DNA of 64,000 nucleotides from Rickettsiales bacterium (GCA_047404215.1 JBDOIV010000038.1:2220-66219), one strand, 5' to 3'. Counted from the first letter of the stretch, positions 1 to 8,905 are shown. Notes: generated by a model not told the origin, from the letters alone. A program made the numbers and translations.

Positions 1-1
1 G

Positions 2-1180
2 TTAAGTGGCAGAAGCAGAGAGCATGGTGGTGGTCAAAAAGTAACTATAAAAGGAAAAGATGCTGATAATCCAATCAAATATATCGTAAAAGAAGATACA
101 TTATATTATGCAAAACCAGGGATAATCATGTTTGGAAATAAAATGTATGAAGTTAAGGCGGAAGGTCTACCAGAAGGCATGGATCAACACATGAAGAAGC
201 TTGGTATTGATCAATCTGCAGCAGCAAATGCAGCAGGTGAGGTGGCTGAGGCATTGAGAAAAATTGCAGATTTAAAAGAGAAAATTGCGCAGGTTGAAGC
301 AATAGGAGGAGTTAACGCTGGTAACGAAACTGACAATTCCCTTGGCGTAGAAAAAGGAACGCTAAGTCGCAAGGGGGATAGGAGAAGAGGAGATAGTCCG
401 AGTCCGGATGGCGATGATAGTCTTGTAACGCCAAATGAGATAAAGGAACGAAGAAGGGCAAGAAGAAAGTCAGTGACAAGAAGATCCTCAGTCATGAATC
501 TTGGTTCAGAGTTATCAGGTGCATCATCGTCCGACGAAGGAAGGGGCCTGCCTGACTTTAATGAAGAAGTTGAAATGGAGGGCAGAGGCGACTTAAAAGC
601 TACTGATGAGCAATCGCAAGTAGAAGTTCTTAATAGATTCGAGTTAGATACTATGAAGCGACTAGAAGGTATAGGATCTCCAAGTGATACACAAAAGGAA
701 ATTTTGGACAAACTGCAAAGAATCAATAGAGAGCAAATCGTAAGGCCTGCTTATGAAACACCACCGGTCTTTAAATTGACAGATGGAAAGGGTCTAGGAG
801 ATGAATCTGTTGATGAAGACCAAGACCTAGCGGCAGAGGTAGCAGGGATTACTAACTCACCAGCAAGACCTGATAGGAGAGGTGGTGACGGTTTTGAGAC
901 AGTCAGTCCACCAGTAGCCACTTCAACTCCTGATAGAGGTGATAGAAGGCAAAATACCAGCAAAGCCTCTACAGCCTCTACAGACTCTTCTGGCCTTGGT
1001 ACATCGTTTGATGATTCATCGCCATCGGTTGGTACATCCAGTCCGGGTGCAGATTCGAATGATTCAGCTCTGGATATGGCAACACCGCCTTCTAAGCCAT
1101 CTGACACGCCATCTACAACCGTCACTTATCCAAGAGCTGCACCTTTGGTTAATCGTGCTTCCTCATTAACAGCTCCGTAA
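2..1180 (+). CDS. 3' portion of a gene entering from upstream of the window; low-complexity Ser/Pro/Asp/Arg/Gly-rich, effector-like protein with no recognisable family
   Basis: The frame of ORF 128..1180 stays open back to nt 2 (42 sense codons, no stop), so the ATG at 128 is probably internal. The C-terminal two thirds is S/P/T/D/G-rich and contains two RGD tripeptides. Confidence 0.6.
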   Translation, partial: LSGRSREHGGGQKVTIKGKDADNPIKYIVKEDTLYYAKPGIIMFGNKMYEVKAEGLPEGMDQHMKKLGIDQSAAANAAGEVAEALRKIADLKEKIAQVEAIGGVNAGNETDNSLGVEKGTLSRKGDRRRGDSPSPDGDDSLVTPNEIKERRRARRKSVTRRSSVMNLGSELSGASSSDEGRGLPDFNEEVEMEGRGDLKATDEQSQVEVLNRFELDTMKRLEGIGSPSDTQKEILDKLQRINREQIVRPAYETPPVFKLTDGKGLGDESVDEDQDLAAEVAGITNSPARPDRRGGDGFETVSPPVATSTPDRGDRRQNTSKASTASTDSSGLGTSFDDSSPSVGTSSPGADSNDSALDMATPPSKPSDTPSTTVTYPRAAPLVNRASSLTAP

Positions 1181-1284
1181 AATAACAAAATACCACGAAC
1201 AAACCCCTGAAGCTTTATAGTTTATTTTATATCCATATTGACATCACTGATTTTATCTAATTAAAAAATATGTAAAATAATTAC

Positions 1285-1312
1285 TTGACATATAAAATGA
1301 ACAATGTATAAT
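1285..1312 (+). promoter_or_regulatory. Copy 1 of a conserved promoter-like cassette (TTGACA-16-TATAAT with conserved spacer)
   Basis: ttgacatataaaatgaacaatgtataat closely matches the copies at 37458, 54829(-), 59712(-) and 52445(-). Confidence 0.45.
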
Positions 1313-1552
1313 ATAATTACATCACAGTGCTTTTGCTTTAATTAATGTAGTATTGATATTAATCTATAAATATTAAAATATGATTATTATGTAATTAAAT
1401 TTTAGACATTAAGAATATCAATGATATTGAGTTGTTAATTTCAATAATTATTCTTTTTGTCAAAAAAACATGGCTAATCTAGGTTTTTGGAGTCAATAAA
1501 TGCTGAATATATGTATCAAAATAATACATATACAATAAATAGTATATAAAAA

Positions 1553-1581
1553 TTGACTAAAACTACAATATATGGTATAAT
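1553..1581 (+). promoter_or_regulatory. sigma70-type promoter with extended -10 for the 1639 gene
   Basis: TTGACT, 17-nt spacer, TGgTATAAT, about 57 nt upstream of the ATG. Confidence 0.55.
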
Positions 1582-1638
1582 TAAGTTAGATAAAGATGAT
1601 TTTATGTCATCGCTAAAAATTAATTAATCATATTAGTC

Positions 1639-3177
1639 ATGAGTAGATATGTAAAAAATGAAGCATTTGTTCCAGATGACGAAGAGCGTGATGCTACTAG
1701 TCCGGCTAAATCGGTATATTCAGGGTTTGGTTCTGGCGTCAGTACCTCTTCACGAAGAGAGTCGCTATCATCAGGCGCTTATGATGATTTTAGCTTTGCT
1801 GGTAGTTTCATTGATCACGGCACCCCTCCAAGCCCTATCGGCAGGGTCGATGATGATTCCGTGAGTTTTACTGGTAGCTTCTTTGATAATGGCACTCCAA
1901 GCCCTGTTGGTAGTTTCGTTGATAATGGTGATGCTAGTAGCATGGTTTTTACCGCTGAAGATCCGGGTCCCGGATTATTAAATAATTCTTTCGCACAGGC
2001 CACCGCCATGGCTAGGTTCAGTGACTTTATTTCTGATCAATCTGATTTAATAGAATATCTTGTGGCTGCTCACGATCTACTAACCCCAGAACTTATTACA
2101 GGCGGTAAATTGGATGGTGGCTTGTTATATCGAATATCTTCTAGCAATTTAAGCTTATCTCCTGAGGATTATAAATCGAGATCTATATTTCCAAAAACTG
2201 ATTTTAAAATCACAGACTCTCAAATATCGCAACTCTCACCTGTGGCAATGAAATTAGCACAAGAGGGTTTTGTCATTAAGGTTGGACCTTCCATTTCCAG
2301 GGTTTATGACGTGCAAGGTAACAGTCTATATGAGATGATACAGGGTCTAGATTTATTTGAAAATGAAGAGCAAATATATGATGTAGCTCGAATAGTTATC
2401 GATAATTTATTTAAATATATTCAAAAAGATAGTAGAATCGCCAGCAAATCACCAGTTGATTTAGAGCTTACGGATATAGAAAATCAGGCTTTAGTTAAAG
2501 AATATATTAAAATGGAAGAGGAGTTGGTGGCGGCTAGATCGGAAGTAAAAGCTTTGCAAGATCCGGCTTTAGTTGAGCAATCTATTCAAATAGAGGAGGG
2601 GTTGATGGCGGCTAGATCTGAAATCAAAGCTTTGCAAGATCAGGTTGGTGCATTGTTCGAATATCTAGATGGTCTCGACCCAGAAGTTTTGGATAGAGAT
2701 GCATCTCCTTCATCTTCTGATAGAGGTTCTCCAAAAAGTGAATCACCGGCATCGTCTATTAGTAGCAGTCCTCCTATTGATCAGGTAAGAAGTACCTCTG
2801 CTCTGAGTCTTGATTTGTCTGATGTCGCAAGAGTTATGAGTCCGCATCCACTACGAAGAAGCGTGACTCCTTCCCTAGGGGTAGCTGTAGATGATCACCA
2901 TTTTGCTACAATATCACCGCCAGCTTCGCCATTGCCATCATATCCAGCTTCGCCACCTACTATTGTTGATACGCTTGATACGCAGCAAAGAAGTATCACA
3001 CCAACAACCCCTGAGGGCGCCGGTACCTTTGATTTTGCTACTGTTTCTAGCCCCAGCTCTCCTGAAAGGCCAAGAAAGGCAATGCCAAGGCCAATACCGC
3101 AAATACCGCAAATAGCTACCCCTGGAAGGCCTTTAGTTGATACGGTAAATACCAGGGGTCAAGAAGTAACTCTTTAG
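1639..3177 (+). CDS. Hypothetical effector-like protein: disordered S/P-rich ends, folded middle, duplicated coiled-coil segment
   Basis: 512-aa ORF with its own promoter. Three GSFxDxG(T/D) motifs near the N-terminus, a 26-aa duplicated helix, and a Pro/Ser-rich C-terminus. No signal peptide. Confidence 0.7.
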   Translation: MSRYVKNEAFVPDDEERDATSPAKSVYSGFGSGVSTSSRRESLSSGAYDDFSFAGSFIDHGTPPSPIGRVDDDSVSFTGSFFDNGTPSPVGSFVDNGDASSMVFTAEDPGPGLLNNSFAQATAMARFSDFISDQSDLIEYLVAAHDLLTPELITGGKLDGGLLYRISSSNLSLSPEDYKSRSIFPKTDFKITDSQISQLSPVAMKLAQEGFVIKVGPSISRVYDVQGNSLYEMIQGLDLFENEEQIYDVARIVIDNLFKYIQKDSRIASKSPVDLELTDIENQALVKEYIKMEEELVAARSEVKALQDPALVEQSIQIEEGLMAARSEIKALQDQVGALFEYLDGLDPEVLDRDASPSSSDRGSPKSESPASSISSSPPIDQVRSTSALSLDLSDVARVMSPHPLRRSVTPSLGVAVDDHHFATISPPASPLPSYPASPPTIVDTLDTQQRSITPTTPEGAGTFDFATVSSPSSPERPRKAMPRPIPQIPQIATPGRPLVDTVNTRGQEVTL

Positions 3178-3186
3178 TATAATATT

Positions 3187-4394
3187 ATGTCAGCAAAAAG
3201 TCCTTCGACAGCTTTGTTGCAACATAGAGGCTCTTCTATATCACCAGATCCAGAGACTGCTTCACTAAGTTCTGAATCTTCTGTGGAGGCTTATGAAGTT
3301 ATTGATGCAGATGGTCTAGAAGATCCTGTAGAAGGCTATGGCGTGATTGTTGATGATAGGCAAAGTGTGGACCTTCACCTTTTCGTCTCGCTGATGATTC
3401 TTGGCAAAATGTTTATATAGAATCTCAAGATGGCTATGACTTCATTGCTAAATGTGTTGATGGCGATATTAGATTTGCTAAAAGTATTGATGGTGGATAT
3501 TTCGATCTTACTTCTTTTCAATCGGGCGGTGTTTATGATTTCAATTCAATGCTAAAGCGTGGCCTAGATATAGACTTTGGTGTCGACGTTGCTCAATCTT
3601 TATGTTCGCAGTTAATTGGTAGTGCTGTAGTGCCATTTGAGGGCGGGAGGTGCTTTTATTCGCAAGCTTCACAAAAAGTTGTTGCATCTTCTGGAGGTGG
3701 TGTTGATTTTAATCCGGACTCTGATAGTTTAAAATCGGCATGTCTTATCGCATCAATAATGAATCGTGGTAATATTGATGGATCGGATACAAGTAGCATC
3801 AGAAGATCGCTCGATGAAAGTCATACGGACTATAGTTATGGCAAATTTCATTTATCGATATCTTGTAATGGAGATAGGTCTGGTCACGATTCGAAATATG
3901 ATTACCAAAGGTTGTTTTATGATTCGATGTTAGTATCAGTAAGTGACTATCCGCATTATTTGACTGTTTTGTTTCATGAGCATGGATTGAGTCGTGATTT
4001 ATTCGACCAAAGTAAGGTCGCATTGTTTGGAGAGCATCTTAGTGACGGTGAGTTTGTTGGTGTGGTGGGTGGTGGTGTCGCAGTAGATGACACGCCCTAT
4101 GATGTTCTTACGGGGCCGGTTGCATCTGTTGTCGAAGGTGAAGGTTATGATTCCTTTGGCCCGCTTCAAGAGTCGTATGACGAAATAAAAGATCATGGTA
4201 CTAGTGCGGACGCAGTTAGTATTGCCTCGACAGTAAATTCTCCTGATCAGTGGACCATTATAGAATTGCCAGAGGAGGTCATGACTTCCGATATTGATAA
4301 TAAAGAGACGGTTTTGGGTAGTGAAGATATGCCTTCCACATCAATATCTTCGCAATCAGCGGTTGTAATTGCAAATGAAGGCAGAATAAGATAA
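3187..4394 (+). pseudogene. Hypothetical gene apparently split by a frameshift (ORFs 3187..3420 and 3360/3549..4394)
   Basis: The second reading frame is open from 3360 with 63 sense codons and no ATG/GTG/TTG before 3549. It overlaps the end of the first ORF, and the ATG lies 9 nt after the stop of the 1639 gene. Confidence 0.5.
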
Positions 4395-4438
4395 ATTATG
4401 TAACAAAACAATACAATAATAATTAATAATTATAATTA

Positions 4439-4467
4439 TTGCATTAATAGTAAAAATATGATATAAT
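4439..4467 (+). promoter_or_regulatory. sigma70-type promoter with extended -10 for the 4524 gene
   Basis: TTGCAT, 17-nt spacer, TGaTATAAT. The aaaatatgatataat block is shared with other accessory-gene promoters. Confidence 0.55.
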
Positions 4468-4523
4468 AAGATTAGGATAGCAAGATACCTTTATCTTGTA
4501 AATATTAAATTAATTATAAAGTT

Positions 4524-5174
4524 ATGAGCGGTGGAAACAAAGATCTGTTAGCAATAAGGAATAATATGCGTCAGAAAAGGGCTGGCAGGAGAGCGGGTGG
4601 AGCATTTGCCCCTGTTCTTGAAGCGCCTACTGAAGAGTCTACAACTCCTGATGAAGGTCTTGGAGACTCTCCAGGAAATTCTCCCCCAAATGTTCCTGCA
4701 AGTTCAGATGTCAAGACGGCTCCTGGTTGGCAAGAAGCTCGTGAAGCTCATCAAGAACGATTGCTTAATGAGAAAAAAGAAAGGGGTAGAAAGATAGCAA
4801 GAAAAGATCAGGTTGCAAGATATAACGAAGCAGATAAGAAAAGCGCAACGGGAAGTGAAACGTCGAGAAGTGAAACGTCGAGAAGTGAAACGCGTGTTTC
4901 TTTTGGAGGTGCTGAGGTTAAAGAATTTAAACCAGGTAGCTCTCTTGAATCTGGAACTTTACCTGCTTTAGAAGCCCCTATCAAAGGAGCCATGGCAGGA
5001 TCGAGAAAAAAACATGAGACTGCAATAGGTGCGGCTTCTGAAAGTCTTGCTGGCGAAGCGATTAGTGAAGCCTTGGAAGAATTGACATCAGAGCAGGGTT
5101 CTTTGCCTGGTCCATCAATAACAGCTGCCTCAGCCGGGGCTGTTAAAAGTGGCAGCAAGGGCAAGACACCGTAA
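4524..5174 (+). CDS. Hypothetical disordered protein: basic N-terminus, charged and Ser/Ala/Gly-rich
   Basis: 216-aa ORF with its own promoter and an internal SETSR tandem repeat. No hydrophobic segment. Confidence 0.65.
   Translation: MSGGNKDLLAIRNNMRQKRAGRRAGGAFAPVLEAPTEESTTPDEGLGDSPGNSPPNVPASSDVKTAPGWQEAREAHQERLLNEKKERGRKIARKDQVARYNEADKKSATGSETSRSETSRSETRVSFGGAEVKEFKPGSSLESGTLPALEAPIKGAMAGSRKKHETAIGAASESLAGEAISEALEELTSEQGSLPGPSITAASAGAVKSGSKGKTP
4854..4895 (+). repeat. 15-bp in-frame tandem repeat, about 2.8 copies (agtgaaacgtcgaga = SETSR)
   Basis: Direct reading: agtgaaacgtcgaga agtgaaacgtcgaga agtgaaacgcgt. Confidence 0.9.
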
Positions 5175-5237
5175 CTATCGTATTAATAGCCGTCTACCTT
5201 CAAGGGTTTAAGATTTAGGAAAATACTAAGCAAAGCG

Positions 5238-6293
5238 CTATCTAAGTAGCATAAAATCAGCCAATACGCAGGCCATCATCGCTTCACCAACTGGTACTGC
5301 GCGAATGCCAACACAAGGATCGTGTCGACCCTTAGTTATAATTTCAGTATTGTTACCATTGATATCGATCGTTTTCCTTGGAATTAGGATTGAGCTTGTT
5401 GGTTTGACAGTGAACCTCACCACTAAATCCTGACCCGATGAGATGCCACCTAGCACTCCTCCGGAATAGTTAGAAGCAAAGTTAACTTTACCATCTTCAC
5501 TCCACATTTCATCGCTAAGTTGCGACCCTAGGGCGTACGCAGCTTCCGAGCCAATACCGATATCTACCGATTTTACCGCATTGATACCAAGCATAGCACT
5601 CGCTAAACGAGCATCAAGCTTGTCATAGATTGGCTCGCCAAGTCCTACTGGCATATTTTTAGCAATAATTTCAATTTCAGCGCCCACTGAGTCACCTTTT
5701 TTACGAATTTCAGTTAAATAGTCAGCGAAATTAGCTGCCGCTTCTTTATCGGGACAGAAAAAATCGTTATTCTTAATCTCATTAACATCAAAATTATCAT
5801 AATTAATTGTCTTCTCACCAATTCTGGTGATGTAGCCGTGAATTTGAATATTTTCCTGCTCGATAACTTTTCTGGCTACCGCTCCAGCAGCAACCCTCAT
5901 CGCTGTTTCTCTAGCCGAGGATCTACCGCCGCCACGATAATCTCTGATGCCATATTTTTCATGATAGGTGTAATCAGCATGACTAGGGCGAAACTTATCT
6001 TTAATGTCACCATAATCCTTGCTTCTTTGATCTTGGTTGTGAATTAAAAGAGCAATTGGAGTACCGGTAGTCTTACCTTCAAAAACACCAGACAGAATCT
6101 CAACTTTGTCATCCTCTTGGCGCTGGGTTGTGAATTTTGATTGACCAGGCTTTCTTTCTTCTAAATATTTTTGAATATCAGTCTCATTCAAGTCAAGTAG
6201 CGAAGGGCAGCCGTCAACCACACAGCCGATAGCCTTACCATGACTTTCACCAAAGGTTGTAAATGTAAATTTTCTACCAAATTTATTACTCAT
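5238..6293 (-). CDS. aroC: Chorismate synthase
   Basis: 351 aa; FGESHG near the N-terminus, [11 protein letters not shown], and a C-terminal RHDPCV block, all typical of AroC. Confidence 0.95.
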   Translation of the reverse strand: MSNKFGRKFTFTTFGESHGKAIGCVVDGCPSLLDLNETDIQKYLEERKPGQSKFTTQRQEDDKVEILSGVFEGKTTGTPIALLIHNQDQRSKDYGDIKDKFRPSHADYTYHEKYGIRDYRGGGRSSARETAMRVAAGAVARKVIEQENIQIHGYITRIGEKTINYDNFDVNEIKNNDFFCPDKEAAANFADYLTEIRKKGDSVGAEIEIIAKNMPVGLGEPIYDKLDARLASAMLGINAVKSVDIGIGSEAAYALGSQLSDEMWSEDGKVNFASNYSGGVLGGISSGQDLVVRFTVKPTSSILIPRKTIDINGNNTEIITKGRHDPCVGIRAVPVGEAMMACVLADFMLLR

Positions 6294-6315
6294 TTTTTAT
6301 AAAATTATTATTTAA

Positions 6316-6744
6316 TTATTTTTTCTTGTAACTTTTAATTACTAACACCGGATTTTGCGAAAAGGTAATATTATCACCATCTTGACCAACGGTAACTTTA
6401 CCGGCAGTGATAGTGCCTATTTGCCCAACTGCCTTGACATCATACATAGTTACGTTATTTTGATCAAAATGCGAGGCCTTCTTGGCTTTGATTTTAAAAA
6501 CCTGATCATCATCATATTGAAAATTAATGGTCGGATTGGTCATAATCTTCTCGCTTTTAAAAGCACCTTTATCTTTCTTATAGTCATTGACAATTTTATA
6601 TTTTTTAACTGGGTTATTAAAAATATAAAAAGCAAAAATAATTATTGCCAAAGCAAGTAGGCTATATGAGGATATTGTCAGCACCTTTCTTAAAAGCTGA
6701 TGAAAGGCGAGTTTTTTCAAAATAACGTTAGTTCTTAGGTCCAT
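6316..6744 (-). CDS. Small membrane-anchored periplasmic protein, possibly LptC-like
   Basis: One N-terminal TM segment followed by a beta-rich region with a pattern resembling LptC. Weak call made by eye only. Confidence 0.4.
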   Translation of the reverse strand: MDLRTNVILKKLAFHQLLRKVLTISSYSLLALAIIIFAFYIFNNPVKKYKIVNDYKKDKGAFKSEKIMTNPTINFQYDDDQVFKIKAKKASHFDQNNVTMYDVKAVGQIGTITAGKVTVGQDGDNITFSQNPVLVIKSYKKK

Positions 6745-7093
6745 TTCCCCTTTCCTTAGTTAGTGTCACCGAAAAAGATTCAACATCTTTAATAACGCCA
6801 ATTTTGTCAATTTCTAATATACACCTATCTATTCTACCGTCACTCATTATCATTTCAAGAATTTCTTGATTCATTTTTTCAATTAATTGAAACTTTTTAC
6901 TTGATACATAATTTTTTATCTGTTTAATTATAGTATCATAGTCTATAGTTTCATCAATGCTATTTGAAAATTTTGCATTGTCAAAATTTGTATGAATTTC
7001 AGCATTGATAACAACTGGACGCATTGTTGTTTGTTCCCATTCGTAAATACCAAGAATGGTTTCAAGCTTAAAGTTTTTAATTTTAATTATCAT
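6728..7093 (-). CDS. folB: Dihydroneopterin aldolase (FolB family)
   Basis: Starting from the internal Met, MIIKIKNFKLETILGIYEWEQ...VVINAEI matches the FolB N-terminal pattern. The upstream part of the 152-aa ORF is hydrophobic and looks like non-coding read-through. Confidence 0.75.
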   Translation of the reverse strand: MIIKIKNFKLETILGIYEWEQTTMRPVVINAEIHTNFDNAKFSNSIDETIDYDTIIKQIKNYVSSKKFQLIEKMNQEILEMIMSDGRIDRCILEIDKIGVIKDVESFSVTLTKERGNGPKN

Positions 7094-7094
7094 T

Positions 7095-7718
7095 ATGGAT
7101 AAAAAAATTATTTCAATAAAAAAATACCAAAACAATAAATATATTTCTAAATTTATGTTATTTATAATTATACTTCTTTGTGTCATAGTTGCAAGCCTAT
7201 TTTGGAAATTCCATATAGAAAATCAAGAAATCTTAGAAGCGCCAATCCCGGTATCACAAAATATCGCTTACAATGATAGCCGTATCGCTCTTGTCGAGAG
7301 TGCTGATTTAGCTAATCAAATCCAAAATAACAGCAATAAGCCAGTATTAATATATTTTTATACGACATGGTGCAGCTCTTGCAAGAAAAACTTTGCTAAT
7401 TTCAATGAAATTGCCAGAGAATATCAAAATACTGACCTAAAAATTATAGCAGTGGCAATCGACAAAGATTCTTCGCAAGATAATTTAGTAAAATTCTTGG
7501 CCAATAAGGGTGATATTTATTTTCAGCCACAGATATTATTATCAAAAAACGGTTTTAAAGAGTTCTTACAGAATTTTAATATCAAATATCGAGGTCGAAT
7601 ACCATATACCGCACTACTATCAGCTGAAGGTAAACTGCTAGTTAGCTACAGCGGAGCTAAGCCAACAAAAAAGTTAGCAATAGCAATTCGCCAGCAAATC
7701 CTAACTACGGAGTATTAA
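7095..7718 (+). CDS. Membrane-anchored thioredoxin-fold thiol:disulfide oxidoreductase (TlpA/ResA-like)
   Basis: Basic N-terminus, one TM segment, and a WCSSC (CxxC) motif in a thioredoxin-like context. The start is uncertain (7095 or 7155). Confidence 0.7.
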   Translation: MDKKIISIKKYQNNKYISKFMLFIIILLCVIVASLFWKFHIENQEILEAPIPVSQNIAYNDSRIALVESADLANQIQNNSNKPVLIYFYTTWCSSCKKNFANFNEIAREYQNTDLKIIAVAIDKDSSQDNLVKFLANKGDIYFQPQILLSKNGFKEFLQNFNIKYRGRIPYTALLSAEGKLLVSYSGAKPTKKLAIAIRQQILTTEY

Positions 7719-7844
7719 GGCTAATCTTGTCGTTTTATTGTTGCTTTGCTATTTTGCAAAAATATACAATATTGCTTTAGCTAATGTCAATTCTCATATA
7801 CGAATAATTTATGTTAATATTACTAAAATACAACGCTCAGTAAT

Positions 7845-7873
7845 ATTATAATATACATTATTCAGTATGTCAA
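7845..7873 (-). promoter_or_regulatory. Variant copy of the promoter cassette (TTGACA-17-TATAAT) on the minus strand with no downstream gene
   Basis: The reverse complement reads cttgacatactgaataatgtatattataat...tgagcgttgta. It shares the cassette ends with an expanded middle. Confidence 0.4.
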
Positions 7874-7984
7874 GTCTTTTTTAATATTTTTTTAAATTAA
7901 TTGTTTATTGGCTGATTGTTAACTCAATATCGCGATAAATATGTATTATATCGATACAATAAATTATAAATACTATTAATTATT

Positions 7985-8013
7985 GACATAAAGCTCAAAA
8001 TATGATATAATTA
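7985..8013 (+). promoter_or_regulatory. sigma70-type promoter with extended -10 for the 8082 gene
   Basis: TTGACA, 17-nt spacer, TGaTATAAT followed by taagtta. Confidence 0.55.
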
Positions 8014-8081
8014 AGTTAAGGGTAATATTATACAATTTTATCAAATTATGTAATGTTTAAATATTAATTAATTTTTATATT

Positions 8082-8828
8082 ATGAGTAAAAGTGCCAAAG
8101 GTGGAGATCAAAGAAATGCGATAATCGATCGCTATTTTCAAAAAGGTAGTGGGATTAGACCTCATCGTACAGATCTAAAGCCACGCCCAGAAAATAGTGA
8201 TATATCTATATTGCATGTTGATTTATCAAATGCATTTAAAGACTATTGTCAAAGACTTTCTGCTTCTTCTATTGATGATATTAGAGATGAAGATCTAAAG
8301 GAATTTACAGATAAAATGACACAGTTCGCTGGAGAATATTTTAAAGAGGGTGCTAGTGATAAAATTGGTAAAAAAAGAATGGATAAATTTAACGCTGCGC
8401 TAGAGGGTGCTATATATGCTATACGCATGATGGATGGAATAGATCGAAGAAGTTCGCAGACTGCTCCACTTAGAGACCCAGACAGCCATTTTGCTAATCG
8501 CTTTACTGAGATTGGAGGTGGAGTTGGTTACGGTCCTGCAATTGCAACAGGAGGTGCTGGTGAAGACGAAGGCCATATCTATGGGGCGGCTGTAGCAAGT
8601 TCAGCAGCAGCAGAATATATGAATGCTAATACTGGTGGTTACATGGATGTGAGTGCGACAGTTGGTGGTGCTACTACTGATGGTGCTACTAATACTACTA
8701 CTGATGGCGGCTACATGGAAGTTTCGGGCGGCGGCGAACCTTCTCCTGGTTCAAGTCTGTCTGAGGCTGGCGCCGAGGCCGCAGCTAATACAAAAGGAAA
8801 GGATGGTGCAGATAATGCAGGTCGCTAG
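8082..8828 (+). CDS. Hypothetical effector-like protein: helical N-terminal half, Gly/Ala/Thr-rich C-terminal half with repeated Tyr motifs
   Basis: 248-aa ORF with its own promoter. The C-terminus contains HIYGA, EYMNA, GGYMDVS and GGYMEVS. Confidence 0.65.
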   Translation: MSKSAKGGDQRNAIIDRYFQKGSGIRPHRTDLKPRPENSDISILHVDLSNAFKDYCQRLSASSIDDIRDEDLKEFTDKMTQFAGEYFKEGASDKIGKKRMDKFNAALEGAIYAIRMMDGIDRRSSQTAPLRDPDSHFANRFTEIGGGVGYGPAIATGGAGEDEGHIYGAAVASSAAAEYMNANTGGYMDVSATVGGATTDGATNTTTDGGYMEVSGGGEPSPGSSLSEAGAEAAANTKGKDGADNAGR

Positions 8829-8905
8829 ATAGCCCAAGCAAGTAATTAAGAGCGCAAAGTTACCTGCAATCAACGGCAATCAATAGTTGCTGTTAGATCT
8901 AAGCT

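Noticed and set aside
211-1125. Minus-strand ORFs 211..726 (171 aa) and 751..1125 (124 aa)
   Set aside because: They lie entirely antisense to the plus-strand low-complexity gene. Their Ser/Leu/Pro-rich products are typical shadow ORFs of a GC-richer repetitive coding region, and there are no promoter or start-site features.
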